A program made the position numbers and the translations under genes. Below, in pieces: positions 37,614-50,500 of a DNA stretch of 64,000 bases (within the stretch, counting starts at the first letter, position 1; each line of letters starts with the position of its first letter). A model generated the notes under the pieces. The model was not told where the DNA came from. It worked only from the letters and a program-made list of their open reading frames with translations, and did no database searches. The stretch is from Paragordius varius (Eukaryota; Animalia; Nematomorpha), in the NCBI GenBank assembly GCA_964247055.1, contig OZ176050.1, positions 12,834,001-12,898,000 of the forward strand. Direction: 5' to 3'.

Positions 37614-38187
37614 CACTTCGATTCAAATTGGGGTATCTAAATACCCCAGACAAAATTTGAGTTTTTAAAAAACTACTGAAGGAAAAGGTCCCAATTTAAA
37701 TTTATGCTTCTATCCTAATAAAAATTATATAAAAAAGCCAAAATTTCTAGAAAAATATTCATTTTGAAAAAAAAGTTGTATGTCAAACTACTTCGGCATT
37801 TTTATTTTAAAAAATCTTTGCAAAATATCGTCTTCATTTAACTTTAAAGGTAAAATTAAGGCTAACTTTTTCTTTAAATCACATCTAATATTGATGGAAA
37901 TAGAAAATGCGGTTTATTTTGTATTATTTTTCAATTTTACCATTGCACAAATGTCACATTTACTAAATTTTTACCTTTCGATTTTAGCTTAAAATAAGTA
38001 ATATCCAGTATTTTCGATTAAATTTTTTCATATATTTCTGTTTATTAATGTTACATAAGTGCAAAATATTGCCATGTTTTTTAATTCCTTCCATATTTTT
38101 TAAAGAATTTAATTTTATACAGGCCTGGGGTATTTAACTACCCCAATTTGAATCGAGGGACTGATATGAATATGTTGTGCCCAAGAG
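37614..38187 (-). mobile_element. piggyBac-like MITE, copy D (an older partial copy lies just upstream, about 37314-37580)
   Basis: TTAA|CACTTCGATTCAAATTGGGGTATCTAAATACCCCAGAC ... GTGCCCAAGAG|TTAT. Colinear with copy B. Confidence 0.8.
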
Positions 38188-38706
38188 TTATCATAAAACC
38201 TTTTCCCATATAATTTGTGGATGGTTTTGATTACTAACACATATAATTATTAATTTTAAGAAGTGTTTGACTTAAATCAAAAAATATTTTGTTAAATACA
38301 CAAATATAAATTTGTAGCTCTTTTTATCAAAATCCTGGGTAGCAATGTTAGCCTCACTAACATATAAAATGTTTTTATACCGTTTCCACCATGTTTTAAA
38401 ATATGATAAAAGTTACTAGAATTTAAATTTTAAAAAACATTTATTTTGGGAAAAAGTTTTTTGTATTTAACGCATAGAATCGGCATTTTTGCGTATAAAA
38501 AGAATGCATATTATCAGCTTTGGTAAGAAATTATTTCAAATAATTTAAAACTTTTGAACAGTTTTTATTTATTTTTTACCTTTACGTTTCTGTTTTTAAC
38601 TATGGGAATAAATTGAAATTAAATGAAGATAATAACTAAAATATTTTTTTTTAAATTCTTATATAAAATTATAAAACAACTGGTTTATCATATTTTAAAC
38701 GACTTT

Positions 38707-41700
38707 ATGGTTATGTCAGGTCAATTACTGGATAATACTTTTACGGAACGCCAAAATATATTAAAAATATCTGAATATTCCATAAAAGAAACCATCAATG
38801 TTTTCCTAAGTGAAAACTACAATTTTGAGAATGATTCATCTGAATTAAATCAATTTTTATCGATTATAGAAAATATTTTTTTGCACCAGATAAAAAGTTT
38901 ATTAATTTTATAATGTTAGGATCCACAAGAAATTGTTGGAAATTAATTTATGCGTTTACAAAATCTAAAGAACGATACGAGCTTTTGGAAACAATAATTA
39001 ATTTACCTCATGTTAAGTATGATACTTACTATTTTTGATAAATTAGTACCTAAAATGATTATTTTATACATAATTTATTTTTAGGACAAATATTGGGCGT
39101 CTCCGTGCCTGGATCAGGTTCTCTTTGATGCAAAAAAATTTCTCGGAAACATTTGCTCAACTTGCAGAAAATAAACTTTTTCTATCGTAATTATTTTATT
39201 AACACGTTACTACATATGATTTTTTAAGATAAATCTTTGTAGGAATAACTTTTAGAAGGGAAATTATTATAATATAGCTTATTGCTAAAATAAGTTTATT
39301 AAAAATATGGCCACATAACCTCAATGAGAACAGTTGGTTTTTAATTAATAATTACGCTTATTTATTATTTAATAGCATTTAAAAATATGCATCAATATGG
39401 TGTGTTTGCTAATATTATCAGCGGTTTTGCAAATAATCTGGGCATGTCCACTACCTTTAATGAACTTTTGACAATAACGTTATGTAATATCTGTTTTTTT
39501 ACATATAATTTTTATTTTATTTAGCGAATATTATGAACCGACAGCATTTATGTTAAACGAAGAAGCTCAAATATTTTCAGGTCTTTTGTTGAGTCTCAAT
39601 TTTATCGATTACAATTTTTGCCTCCGGGAAATGGATTTGGATAACTTTGTAACCTTTTTTTTTACATAATTTCCCCCTTTTTTTCAATAATTATCCTATA
39701 ATATACATTAAAACGTAAAACAGATTTTCAATTTATGTTAGAAGTTATTTATATATTCCCTTGACTTTTTTTCGTTTTATATACTTTTTGAGTTATCATT
39801 TTATATATTTTATAAATTTCCTTAACCAGAAATTTACAATCGATGTTGGACGTTATATGAAAATTGCATCACTTGAAACTTTTCCCTTACCTGTTGCAAA
39901 TAAATTTGCGCTTCAATCGGAAAATTTTGTTAAAAATGAAACTATCGATAATACCAACACTAATTATTCCATAAACAACAATGATGGTAATGAAACAATA
40001 CTTAACAACACAACCTCAAGGGAAAATGGCAATAGTTTTGATCAAACCGATTCTATAAGTTTGGATTCATCGAGAGAGTAAATTCTACTTTTACTAATTT
40101 ATTTAAAGTTTGTTGTGGTATAAAATCTTTTAAGGAAAACCTAATATTAAGGGTTTTAATTTTAAATATCCTTAAACTTAATTTAATAATTCTATTTGAC
40201 AATTTTTGTGCGAAAAATTCTGCATTAAAAGAGTTTGGGGATTTTTTCATAGTTATACAAATATTTTTATCATATGCAGATTATTTATTTTTTGACTTAT
40301 CTAAATATATATCATTTATTATTATATACAGTATGAATTTTAATGGCCTTTCACACTATAGTAGGGCAATTTGCAACACATGAGTGTATGAAAAAAAAAG
40401 GAAATTATTGTATATTTAAAATTCTGTTTTTTTTTCATACACTATTGTGTTGAAAATTGCCTTACTATAGTGTGAAATAAGCAACCATTAACATGCTTAC
40501 TGTAATAATTTATCTTTTTAAGATTGGTTTATCATTTTATATATCATTGACTAACACTTTAACATAGAAATACATGGGAATTTATGGTTCTCCTATATTA
40601 TTAACTGATTATTTAATTCCCATCTCATTTTTAGATCCAAACTAACCGATATACTTGATCAAAAACATTACTTGGAAGAGTTGAATAAACATCATAAGTA
40701 TTTTTATTAAATTAATTTAAACCATCTCTATCATAATTATTAAATAATCTAACTCTTGCCTTTATTATAAGTTTCGTTTTAAACATGCCATTGGTTTTTC
40801 TATACTTTTGCTTTTACTAAATTTTGATAATTATACACATTTAATATAGCCAAACTATAAATGAATACAAGGACAAATATGCCAAACAGGGTAGGGAAAT
40901 TGAATCTCTCAAGAGGGAACTTAACGTGTTAGCCGATAAAAATTTGGAATTGGAAACGGCTAATAGCCTACTCATAGCAAATTTTGAAAAACCATCATCC
41001 TACAAAGATAATTTTAATACGGAGCTACAAAATAATTCAACAATACCTTCAATAAATACGAATTGCAATTCAAAACGGATTATGCGAAGAGATCAAACTT
41101 CACAAACTGATTATGATATTAATAAGGATTTGAAATCTCAGTTTCTTTCTACTGCGAACCAAGTTGAAGTAATACATTTTTCTATAGTTTGTAAATGTTT
41201 TTAATTTCCTTTTTAATCATTTAACGGTTTGTTTTTCCGGAATCGTTTTGAAAATCTGTAATTATAAGGATCTCGAAAGATTTATACATTGCTGTTTTGA
41301 TAAGTCAAAATTTTTAGAAAATAATATAAATTGATTTTATATGGCTAGCCTTTGACATTTTCATTATAATAATTAGGTTATTAAGTTTAATGAAAAAATG
41401 GTACCTAAATTAGCCTTTTGATTAAAGAAAAACAATGGATTAAATTTTGATAATATTATATATAACCTTGGCGTAGTTTTTTTCAAAAAATATGGTAGCG
41501 GGAAAGAAAGAAATATTGACCATCCTGATTTAAAACGTTTCACTTTTTATGGCTATATTTGCTTATTTTTAATCATTATCCTGTAAAAATTACCATAAAA
41601 CACAAAACTTTTAAAATATTTTTAATATAAATATTACTTTATCAAATTGTATAAAATAATATTTTATTCACATTCTTCTGCAAAGAATGAACAAACAAAA

Positions 41701-44700
41701 CATGAATGTCAAGAATCCTTATTAAAATCGACCATTAATGAACTCAAACAACAACTTCTTAACCTAAAAGCTGACAAACTGGTGATTATTTTTTATTTTA
41801 ATCCATAATTTTTATATAAGAAGTTTTTTCATATAATTTTAAATGTGGAAAATTGTTCTGTTAATTATTTTTAATTCAATTTTTGGTAATTTTCTTATAA
41901 AATGGGCATTTTCAGCTTTAAAATTTAGCGTTATAGTTTTTTTTATAGTGCATTTGAAATTTTTTTCATTTCATAACGGTTTTAATCTCAAATAATTAAT
42001 TGTATTATCCAATATTTTATAATTCATTCAATTAATATACCATTTATAGTTCAAATTCACCCTTAAACAATTTAAATTCACTTTCGAACAATTCAATTCA
42101 CCCTCAAATGAATAACATATTTTTTAAGATTAAAAATTACCTATATTTTAATATATGTTCAAAAATTAAAATTTTATTTTAAATAAAAATAATACTGCAA
42201 AAATAATAAATTATGCCATAAAGATGTATTTTATATATAATGCATAATTTATTTTTTTGTGAATTTAAATTGTTTGAGGGTGAATATGAAGTGTAAATGC
42301 CATATTTTTAACTAATTGTTGCATTTAGTTTATTCAATGTTTGTAGGAAATTTTATCTTTTACTTTCATTTAACAGAAATATGAACACTTATATCAAACA
42401 TGTAGTCGTAAAGCTGAGGAGGCACTTTCTAAATTAGGGCATTTAGAAAAGAGTGATGCCCAAAAATCGCATCAAATATTGGACCAACGGAGGCAACTAG
42501 ATGATTTAAAGGCTATAAATGCCGAAATGTATACAAAAATTGAGGTTTTTTCCTATTTTTATTGAGGATGTATCGTCTTTGTGTAACGGCTAGCCATTGT
42601 ATCCGTATAGAGAAGCTGTCTGTAATATTTGCCCATCCTGCCAGGCGTTATCATCAATGTTGGCAGGACTTAAATCATTAATTATTGTTGTTTTTCCCAG
42701 TTAAATGTTGGTCTACTCCTGCTATTGTTACCTTCGGGCGATGTAGGGATAAAATTTTATTTGTCCATTGTTCTGGAACACGTTTGATGTGTCCGAAATA
42801 TCTAGGCCTATTTTTTCTGATCATAATATTTAATGGTTCGATTTGGTACAGTTGATGTAAATTTGAAAAAAAATCGCCTTAACTAAACCGTATATGAAAC
42901 CATTTTTATTTTGTATCGTAATAGTACAAGGCGTGTTAAATAAATTTTTATACTGTTACTTTTACTCTTAACAAACATATTTCATACTTTGTGTTAATAT
43001 ACTTTTGATTTATAGCAAATTATCAATATAAAGCGATAAAATTATTTAAATGGTTATACGATTGTTTTAAAGGGTAATAAATACAACTTGTTACGAAATA
43101 TTTTTTTGTGATATGTTAGTTATAAAATTATTTGGAATACATATTTTCATTCTTATTTATAAAACGTAAGAGCTAGCTATGTTTAAAGTTATAAATTTCT
43201 TTCAGATTTACGGCGCATTCAGATTGTCAATTTTAAAAGAATATCCGTTCGTTATATTTATAAACTTTCAAATTTATATTATTTACCATACGGTATATAT
43301 TATTTAGAATTACGAAGCATCATTAAAACATAAACATGAATTAGTTAACCGCCTTGAACAAAAAAATCGAAGTATATCAACGGCCTTGAAAGATATGGAA
43401 GAAAAGTTTTAATTTTAGCATGATATTATAAATTTTGAGATAACTTTTATTGATTTTTGAATTTTTATTATAAATTTTTTATGTTGATAGATATGACAAA
43501 CTGTTGAGTTATCAATCATCGACTGAAGACATTTTCGGTAAAATGGAAAGGGAATTGGCTAAAAAAGATCAAATTAGGTAATTTTTTATACAATATAAAA
43601 AACTTTGTTAATGTATAAACAGAAAAATTTGAAATTATACGGACAAAACCTAAAAGACAACCATACTTTGTTTGACTTTATTTTTAAAAGGTTAACTCAT
43701 TGTTTTAAATTGCAAAATATATGAAATTGATATGTATATTGGTTACACAATCAATTTTATATTTTACAATTGTAATTATATAATTTATATGAGAAAAAGT
43801 ATGGTTGTCTTTTAGAAAAAAATATTTGTCTTTATATTTTTCCTTCTTTTTGTCCGTATAATTTCAGTTTTTACTGTATATACGTTTGTATGACAATATA
43901 CTAACTGTAGGGAACAATTGGAAAATGAATTGAAAATGGAACGTGAAGCTAAAATTGCTCTTCAAACACATATGCATCGTGATAAAATGGAATTTTCACG
44001 TAGACTCAAAGAAATTAGCAAGGCAGAAGATGTTCTTAAGGTAATCATTCGAATATATTAATGAATCATTACATAAATTTAAAATTTTTTATCCATCTTC
44101 AAAAATGCTTAGTATCTTGGTATTTAATGTATTGCAAGAAAAAAAACGATACAACTCTTAATTTATTTTGTTCTTTATATAATACAATACCATTCATTAC
44201 AGTGGACCCACACTTTCATAATGAGCTTTTAAAAATAAACACCGTTTTCAAACTATTTAGCTTATACTGATAATTATCCACTTGTTTAAATTGGGTATAC
44301 TTCGCATTAAAGTCCTCATAGCCAAAAAATATTAACTAGTTTTGATAGACTAAATATTTTTTAAAAGGGCTCATTATCCGCATTATGTTATAGAATTTTT
44401 TCTCACAATCGGGTTTATTATAAGGGATCCACTATATCACCCTTGAATAATTCACATTCACCCTCGAATAATTCGAATTCACCCTAAAATAAATAATGTG
44501 TTTATTAAAGATTAAAAATTAATTTTTTAATATTTTTAAAATATGATCCTCTGTTTAAAATTAATATAATCCTTAAAAAATTATAAACCATGTCGGAAAT
44601 ATTTATTTCATATGAATGATGAGTTATATTAGCCCGAAAACACATAATTTATTTTTGAGGTGAATTTGAATGTTCAAGGGTGAATTTGAATTGTAAATGG

Positions 44701-44923
44701 TTTATATATAATAGAACAATGAGTATTTACACAAAAAGAATGAAGAGTTGACAAGCGTTTTGGCAGAACAGGAAAAAACGTTGACAGAACTTGGAATCAA
44801 AATTAAAGAGTAAACTTTTTTTCAAAACCCTTAACCTCTTATTTTATTTTTAATCACTCCTAAACGACCAAAAATATGTTTTTAATTGCGAGAAATCGCT
44901 TTTTATACCGTTTTTTATTTATT

Positions 44924-44974
<51 letters not shown>

Positions 44975-45627
44975 TATTTTCTGTTTTTTTTAAAAAAATT
45001 GCCAATAATTTATGCATAATATTTTACCCTTTCAATAATAGAAGTACACTAGAAACAGATAATTTGAAAGACACGATACTACCATATTTAATTCCCGCCA
45101 AATGGCAAAAAGACGACGAAGTGTCGCAATGCCCCATATGTAATGTGTCTTTTACACCTCTCAATCGTAAGGTTAGTAAAATGAAATATTATTTAATAAT
45201 ATATTATAACTTATAGTTTAGTTTAAATAAGTTGTTTTTCAAACCATTCCTTAAATTTCGCGTTGTTTTTATTTTTCTTAAAATGTTACTACGGCGGACA
45301 TCTTTTGTTTAACATAAAAAGTTTTGAATATTTTAAATTTTTGAATATTTTAATTTTTTATAAACATTAAAATATAAATCAAAAAAATAATATTTTAATT
45401 TAGCAGTTAGATAATTAATAGATGCCTTATTTTCAAACGTTCACTGCATAAGTTTTTTTAATTATTTTTATATCATTTAGCATCATTGTCGAAATTGTGG
45501 CAAAATATTTTGTAAAGAATGTTCTCGATACAAAATTGAAACAGCCTACTCTTCGAAACCGGTCCGTGTATGCCAATCTTGCCTTAATTTATTGCAAAAC
45601 AAATCTTCACCTCTCATTAAAACTTAA
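38707..45627 (+). CDS. RUFY: RUN and FYVE domain-containing protein, 15 coding exons
   Basis: Exons 38707-38896, 38920-39016, 39085-39186, 39525-39648, 39830-40077, 40635-40697, 40850-41168, 41686-41781, 42377-42544, 43308-43405, 43491-43577, 43911-44040, 44715-44809, 45042-45171, 45481-45627. RUN motifs KTNIGRLRAWIR..LMQK and ILDQKHYLEELN, coiled coil, FYVE WQKD..C..C...RKHHCRNCG..C..C...RVC..C. Confidence 0.92.
40329..40502. mobile_element. Palindromic MITE (CAGTATG family)
   Basis: TA|CAGTATGAATTTTAATGG ... CCATTAACATGCTTACTG|TA, with complementary arms. Confidence 0.8.
42038..42302. mobile_element. MITE, TACCATTT family, copy 3
   Basis: TA|TACCATTTATAGTTCAAATTCACCC ... GAAGTGTAAATGCCA|TA. 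Confidence 0.78.
42570..42880 (-). pseudogene. RTE-like LINE 3' remnant in a RUFY intron
   Basis: Minus strand reads IRKNRPRYFGHIKRVPEQWTNKIL, then SRSRP..NW after a frameshift. Confidence 0.7.
43619..43877. mobile_element. Tc1/mariner-type MITE (same family as 2830-3094)
   Basis: GAAATTATACGGACAAAA ... TTTTGTCCGTATAATTTCAGTTTTTACTG|TA. Confidence 0.78.
44433..44702. mobile_element. MITE, TACCATTT family, copy 4
   Basis: CACCCTTGAATAATTCACATTCACCCTCGAATAATTC ... GGGTGAATTTGAATTGTAAATGGTT|TA. Confidence 0.75.
44929..44972. repeat. (TA)n microsatellite; others near 158-186, 5905-5926, 7029-7048, 7674-7704, 20608-20635
   Basis: Seen directly. Confidence 0.9.
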
Positions 45628-45793
45628 ATAATATCTCAAAAACTTTGCTAATTTCTGTGCGCAATAATTTAAACACTTGAGCAATGATATATATACCATT
45701 ATTTATTAATTATATTTATATGTTATAAATATAGATGTATATGTTTTTATGTATTTATATATCTATTATATGTTATGAAAATAAATTAATATA

Positions 45794-46110
45794 TACCATT
45801 TACACTTCGAATTCACCCTTGAACAATTCAAATTGACCCTCGAACAATTCGAATTTACCCTTGAACAATTCAAATTGACCCTCGAACAATTCAAATTGAC
45901 CCTAAAATAAATTATGTGTTTTTTAAGGTAAAAAGTTACTAATATTTTTATAAAATGAAATTTTGTTTGTAATTAACTAATACTGAAAGATAATAATTTA
46001 AGCCATTAAGATATATTTCATATTAATAAAGATTTATATTAGACCAAAACATAATTTATTTTTAAAATGAAGATGATTTGTTCAAGGTTGAATTTTAATT
46101 GTAAATGATA
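45794..46110. mobile_element. MITE, TACCATTT family, copy 5 (best preserved; five 21-bp subterminal units)
   Basis: TA|TACCATTTACAC followed by TTC[AG]AATT[CGT]ACCCT[TC]GAACAA-type units, about 5 copies. Right end TTGTAAATGATA|TA. Confidence 0.82.
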
Positions 46111-46259
46111 TATCACATCCAAATATTTTATCGATGAATATTATATAATTTAAATCAGTAATTGCGTTTGAATTGGTGTTTGACTTGTCTTAAATATTTT
46201 AGTGAAGATTAGGTAGGGGCGACAATTGTAATTTACGAATTTTTATATAAATATTTGGA

Positions 46260-46330
46260 ATTTAAATCTAATGAAAAATCTACCTATATACCTATTTTCC
46301 GCTGACTACACGAAAGCATTTGATAAAACT
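46260..46330 (+). pseudogene. Small LINE RT fragment
   Basis: Reads NLPIYLFSADYTKAFDK (DxxKAFD motif). The flanks are not interpretable. Confidence 0.5.
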
Positions 46331-47578
46331 TTCATTAACAGCCAAGGAGAAGTTGGAATTTCTTGAATAAAAAAAATGTTAAGCATTACCCTTAGTAGAA
46401 ACGGCACATTTTTATAAGTAGAGATTATCAGTCTATTTCATTCCTCTACCTCTCCTATCTAACTTCTATACGCTTAAATTACAATGGACTAAAATAGGGT
46501 AGCCTAACACAAATGGCTTCGTGGGCCGCATCTTGGATGAGAAAATGTGCACCGGCGAAATATATGGGCATTAACAAATGTTTTATTATATTTTAGGCCC
46601 AAAACTGTAAAAACAACTATACATTTTAACTTTTTTACGAGTTCATTGCTAAAATTTGGAATTACTTACCAGAAAATTTGTTTAAGAAAACAATTTTTTC
46701 TTACATTTTGTAAAATTTTGTATTCGAAATTTTTGGCCGGGTGAAGAAATATTTTGGAGGGCTGCGTGTTGGACACCCCTACACAGTTAGCGGCTTATAA
46801 AATCGTTAACATCCGTTTACCAACGGAATATAAATAGGAATACTATTTGAACTACAAAGTCAATTAATTCCATGGGTTTAAAACAATCTAATGGTGATGA
46901 ATTTCGAGATTTTATAAACAAATATCTTAACCAAAAGATTGATTCAATATCACTTCTATTGATCGATACTAAATTTAAATCGGTTCGACACCTAAAAAAT
47001 TATTGTCAAAAGTTTAAAAAAATTAAGTTAATACATGAGTTTAGAAAAAATTATTTTTGATTATAAGTGTCTTGCTTTATACCAAAAACATGTGGAATAT
47101 AAACGCATTTCAATATAGCAGTGGATTTATTTAACCGTTCGCTAGTTTTAGCGCAAACATCGCGAAAGATTGTTTCTTGAAATTACTTAAGTAAAGGAAT
47201 TCATTTTCTACTTAAAAATTTATCCAACATTCTATCGATTATGTTTATTTATTATGCGCGTCACAAATGTAATTTATTATTGATGAAAAGGGGAAAAAAT
47301 GATTAGTTATTGATTGCTTATGATTCAATAAACCAGTTAATGAGAAATGGTTTGTTTTGTTTTTCTTAATTAATTTTTTTCACACACACACTATTTTTAG
47401 AAATCCGTTAATTCATGACGGAATAAAGCATTTGCAGCGCGAAAAAAAAACAATATTTTTTGACAATGCGCGGAACCTGATTTAAAAATATTGATTAAAA
47501 TGAGAGAATCGATAAAATTATTATTTTTTTCATTCGGGTCAAATGTTTAATGTGTGGATATAAAATTAAATTTTAAGC

Positions 47579-50500
47579 ATGGAAAAATCTGTTGATGCAA
47601 AGCCTATTGTCAAAAAACGAAAAATCTCTTCTGTTTATTATCACATCTTTAAAGCTCTCATTGCACGAAGTTTATTTGGCCTCCATGGTTTCGTTACGAT
47701 ATGGAAAGTTGTTGAAACTTTAAACATTTTTACACTCTGGTTCTTAGCTATATCTTTGGTCGGATTACTGTTAGAAACTATTCTATGTGTGTGCTTACGA
47801 AAAGGCCAAGAAATAGCGGGGTATACATAATATTCATGTAAACATTGTTTCAAATTTTAAATCCCATACTGCCCATTCAGATGGGGCAATATAAATAAAA
47901 AATAACGAAATACGCTAAACAGCTGATTCAATACATTTTGCTATTAGGTCCATAATTGGTCGAATTTCTATAATATGGTTGTTTAAATATTTTTTCCAAT
48001 GGTTTAGCAAATTCTGATTGCATTTAATTGCCATTTTTTATTGTTGTTATTGAACCCTAACTGAAATATTAGTTTAAAGGGTACACATTGAAATAAATAA
48101 TAAATCTAATTGAAGGCCGATATCGAGTTTTAAAATTAATTTACTTTTTTAATCCAATAGATTCTGTTTCAGTATGTTCTTTTACCTGTGTGCCGTTGTA
48201 CCGTCCATTTGGCTCCTTGAATTGCATTCTGCACATCAACGAACCCAAACTTCATTCCGTTTTATCAATACGAACAAAAATAATCCAGATAATAACACTA
48301 CAAAAGATTATAATAATATAAGTGATCCCAGAGATTATAATATTTTAACATCTCAAACTAACACACTCACTCAACTTATTGGAGTTGATGTATTCCGTTA
48401 CATTGAGGTAAATTTATTAAAAAAATTAAGCTGAAATGCGTACAAATATAAAAAATATATATTTTAATTTTCGACTTTAATAGTAAAGTCTTTATTTCGA
48501 TAAAGACTTTACTATTAAAGTCGAAAATTTCAGCTTAATTTTTTTAATAAATTTCATAAATATAATGCGTAATTCCCTCAACTTTAATTGAGGTAAATTG
48601 TTTTTACAAAACGACTTAAGCCATATATTTAAGGGTCTATGTTGTAAAAACCCCTAGTGTTGCATAAAAATTAAGAATAAATGGTACAGTCATGTATCGT
48701 TTATTTTATTAGAAATTTATTTTTTTTCGTTAAATGGGCATTAATATTTGGTAAAGAATGGAAAAAACAAGAGCTCTATGGTAATTCTTATACTTTTTGA
48801 TGAATATGATATTGTTAATACCATAGAGCATTGGTACTCAAACCGCGGCCCTAAGAGTGCTTTAAAATTGCCCTATTACCATATTGATACTCAAATTATT
48901 TTTTTTATTGATAAATTTTTAAAATACACATAAAGGAATTTTTGCTTATTTTATAATTTTTTTTTCTTTAAATTTAATTTTGGTAATTTTTACTTTTTAC
49001 CCAATTTGAAATGTAGAAAATTTCCCTCTATTAAAATGATTTCAAAATATTGGCACACGTTGTTTCTTCTGTATTCTATTTGCTTTTTTATATTAAAATT
49101 TTTATTGCATTCCTTTTTTGTAATTAAGCAAGCCTTTCACCCAAACTTGCATATACATATTCTTTTTTGCTATGTATCATTTTTTATAACTCATTCCCAT
49201 AAAATATGTTTTAAATCAACATCATTAAATTTCGTTTTTTATATCATAATTTAAATTATATTCCTAATTTTTTAAAAAAACAACATGATATCTAAACATA
49301 AATTCAAAGGATGAATCTAATGCTAAAAAAAGTAAGTTATCCGATTCGTTTCTTTTAAAAGAATGAGAAGAAAAATTCTTTGTCGTTTTAAATAAAAATG
49401 TTGTTACCACCTGCCTTATGTAGAAACAACATAATTATAAAAAAAATAAAATATTAAAAAACATAATACCCATCATTCTCATAAATTACCAAAAAATCAT
49501 GAGGTAAGAAACGAAAAATATAAAAAAAATTAAGGAATTATACCAGAAAGAAAAATCTATTCGGTCCGCTTTTGCCCACGAAAAAGCTGTAACATTAACT
49601 TCGTATGAAATTCGCTATATTTTAGGAAAAAATATGAAGCCGTTTACTGATTCCCAACTAATAAAAGAATGCTAATAAATGATTCCACTTTTATTTGATA
49701 AATTCCATAATAAAGAGCAAATCAGAGACAAATTAAAAAACTTCAACTTTCTGATTCAACTCGACCCATTGAAGATATGTCTAAATATATATTAACAAAA
49801 CATTTTTGCCTCTGAAAAAGTAATATTTTAGTATTGCTATTGATTGTAGCACTGATATTAGTTCAACACCCCAATATGCGCTCGTGAGATTTTGCAACGA
49901 AAATTTTTATCAATGAATAATACCACGAGAGGAAGTGATTTTCTCAAAATAATTAGCACTTTTTTCGATTATAATGATTTATAGATGAAAAAATTGGTTT
50001 TGATCTGCACAGATGGCTGTCCCTCTATGATTGGAATAAACATTATCAAAATGTTTTAATTTTTACATTGTGCAAAACAGGTTTTTAGTTCGATTTACAT
50101 GCGATCCGCAAAAAATTCATTGTGCTGATTTATATATTTATGTGCATATGTGTCAAATAGCTATGAAATGTTTGCCATTACAAGGTTGGCCCTTGAAAAA
50201 AAATATACTTGATTTGGCCCGTCATATTTTTTTATTGAGTACCACTACCATAGAGCTCTTAATTTTTCCATTCCTTATACCAAATATTTATATCCCTTTA
50301 AAGAAAAAAAAATTTTGATAAAAAAGGATACATGACAGTAAAATCTAAGCATGTTAACACATGTAAGTTTTATCTGCAACACAAGGTTTAATCTTAATAT
50401 TTCAATATTTTTGTTAAAACGATCAATAAAGAAATAAAAACAAATCAACCCTTACCCCTATCTAACAACCAATAAACCATTCATGTAGCTTATGTTTGGA

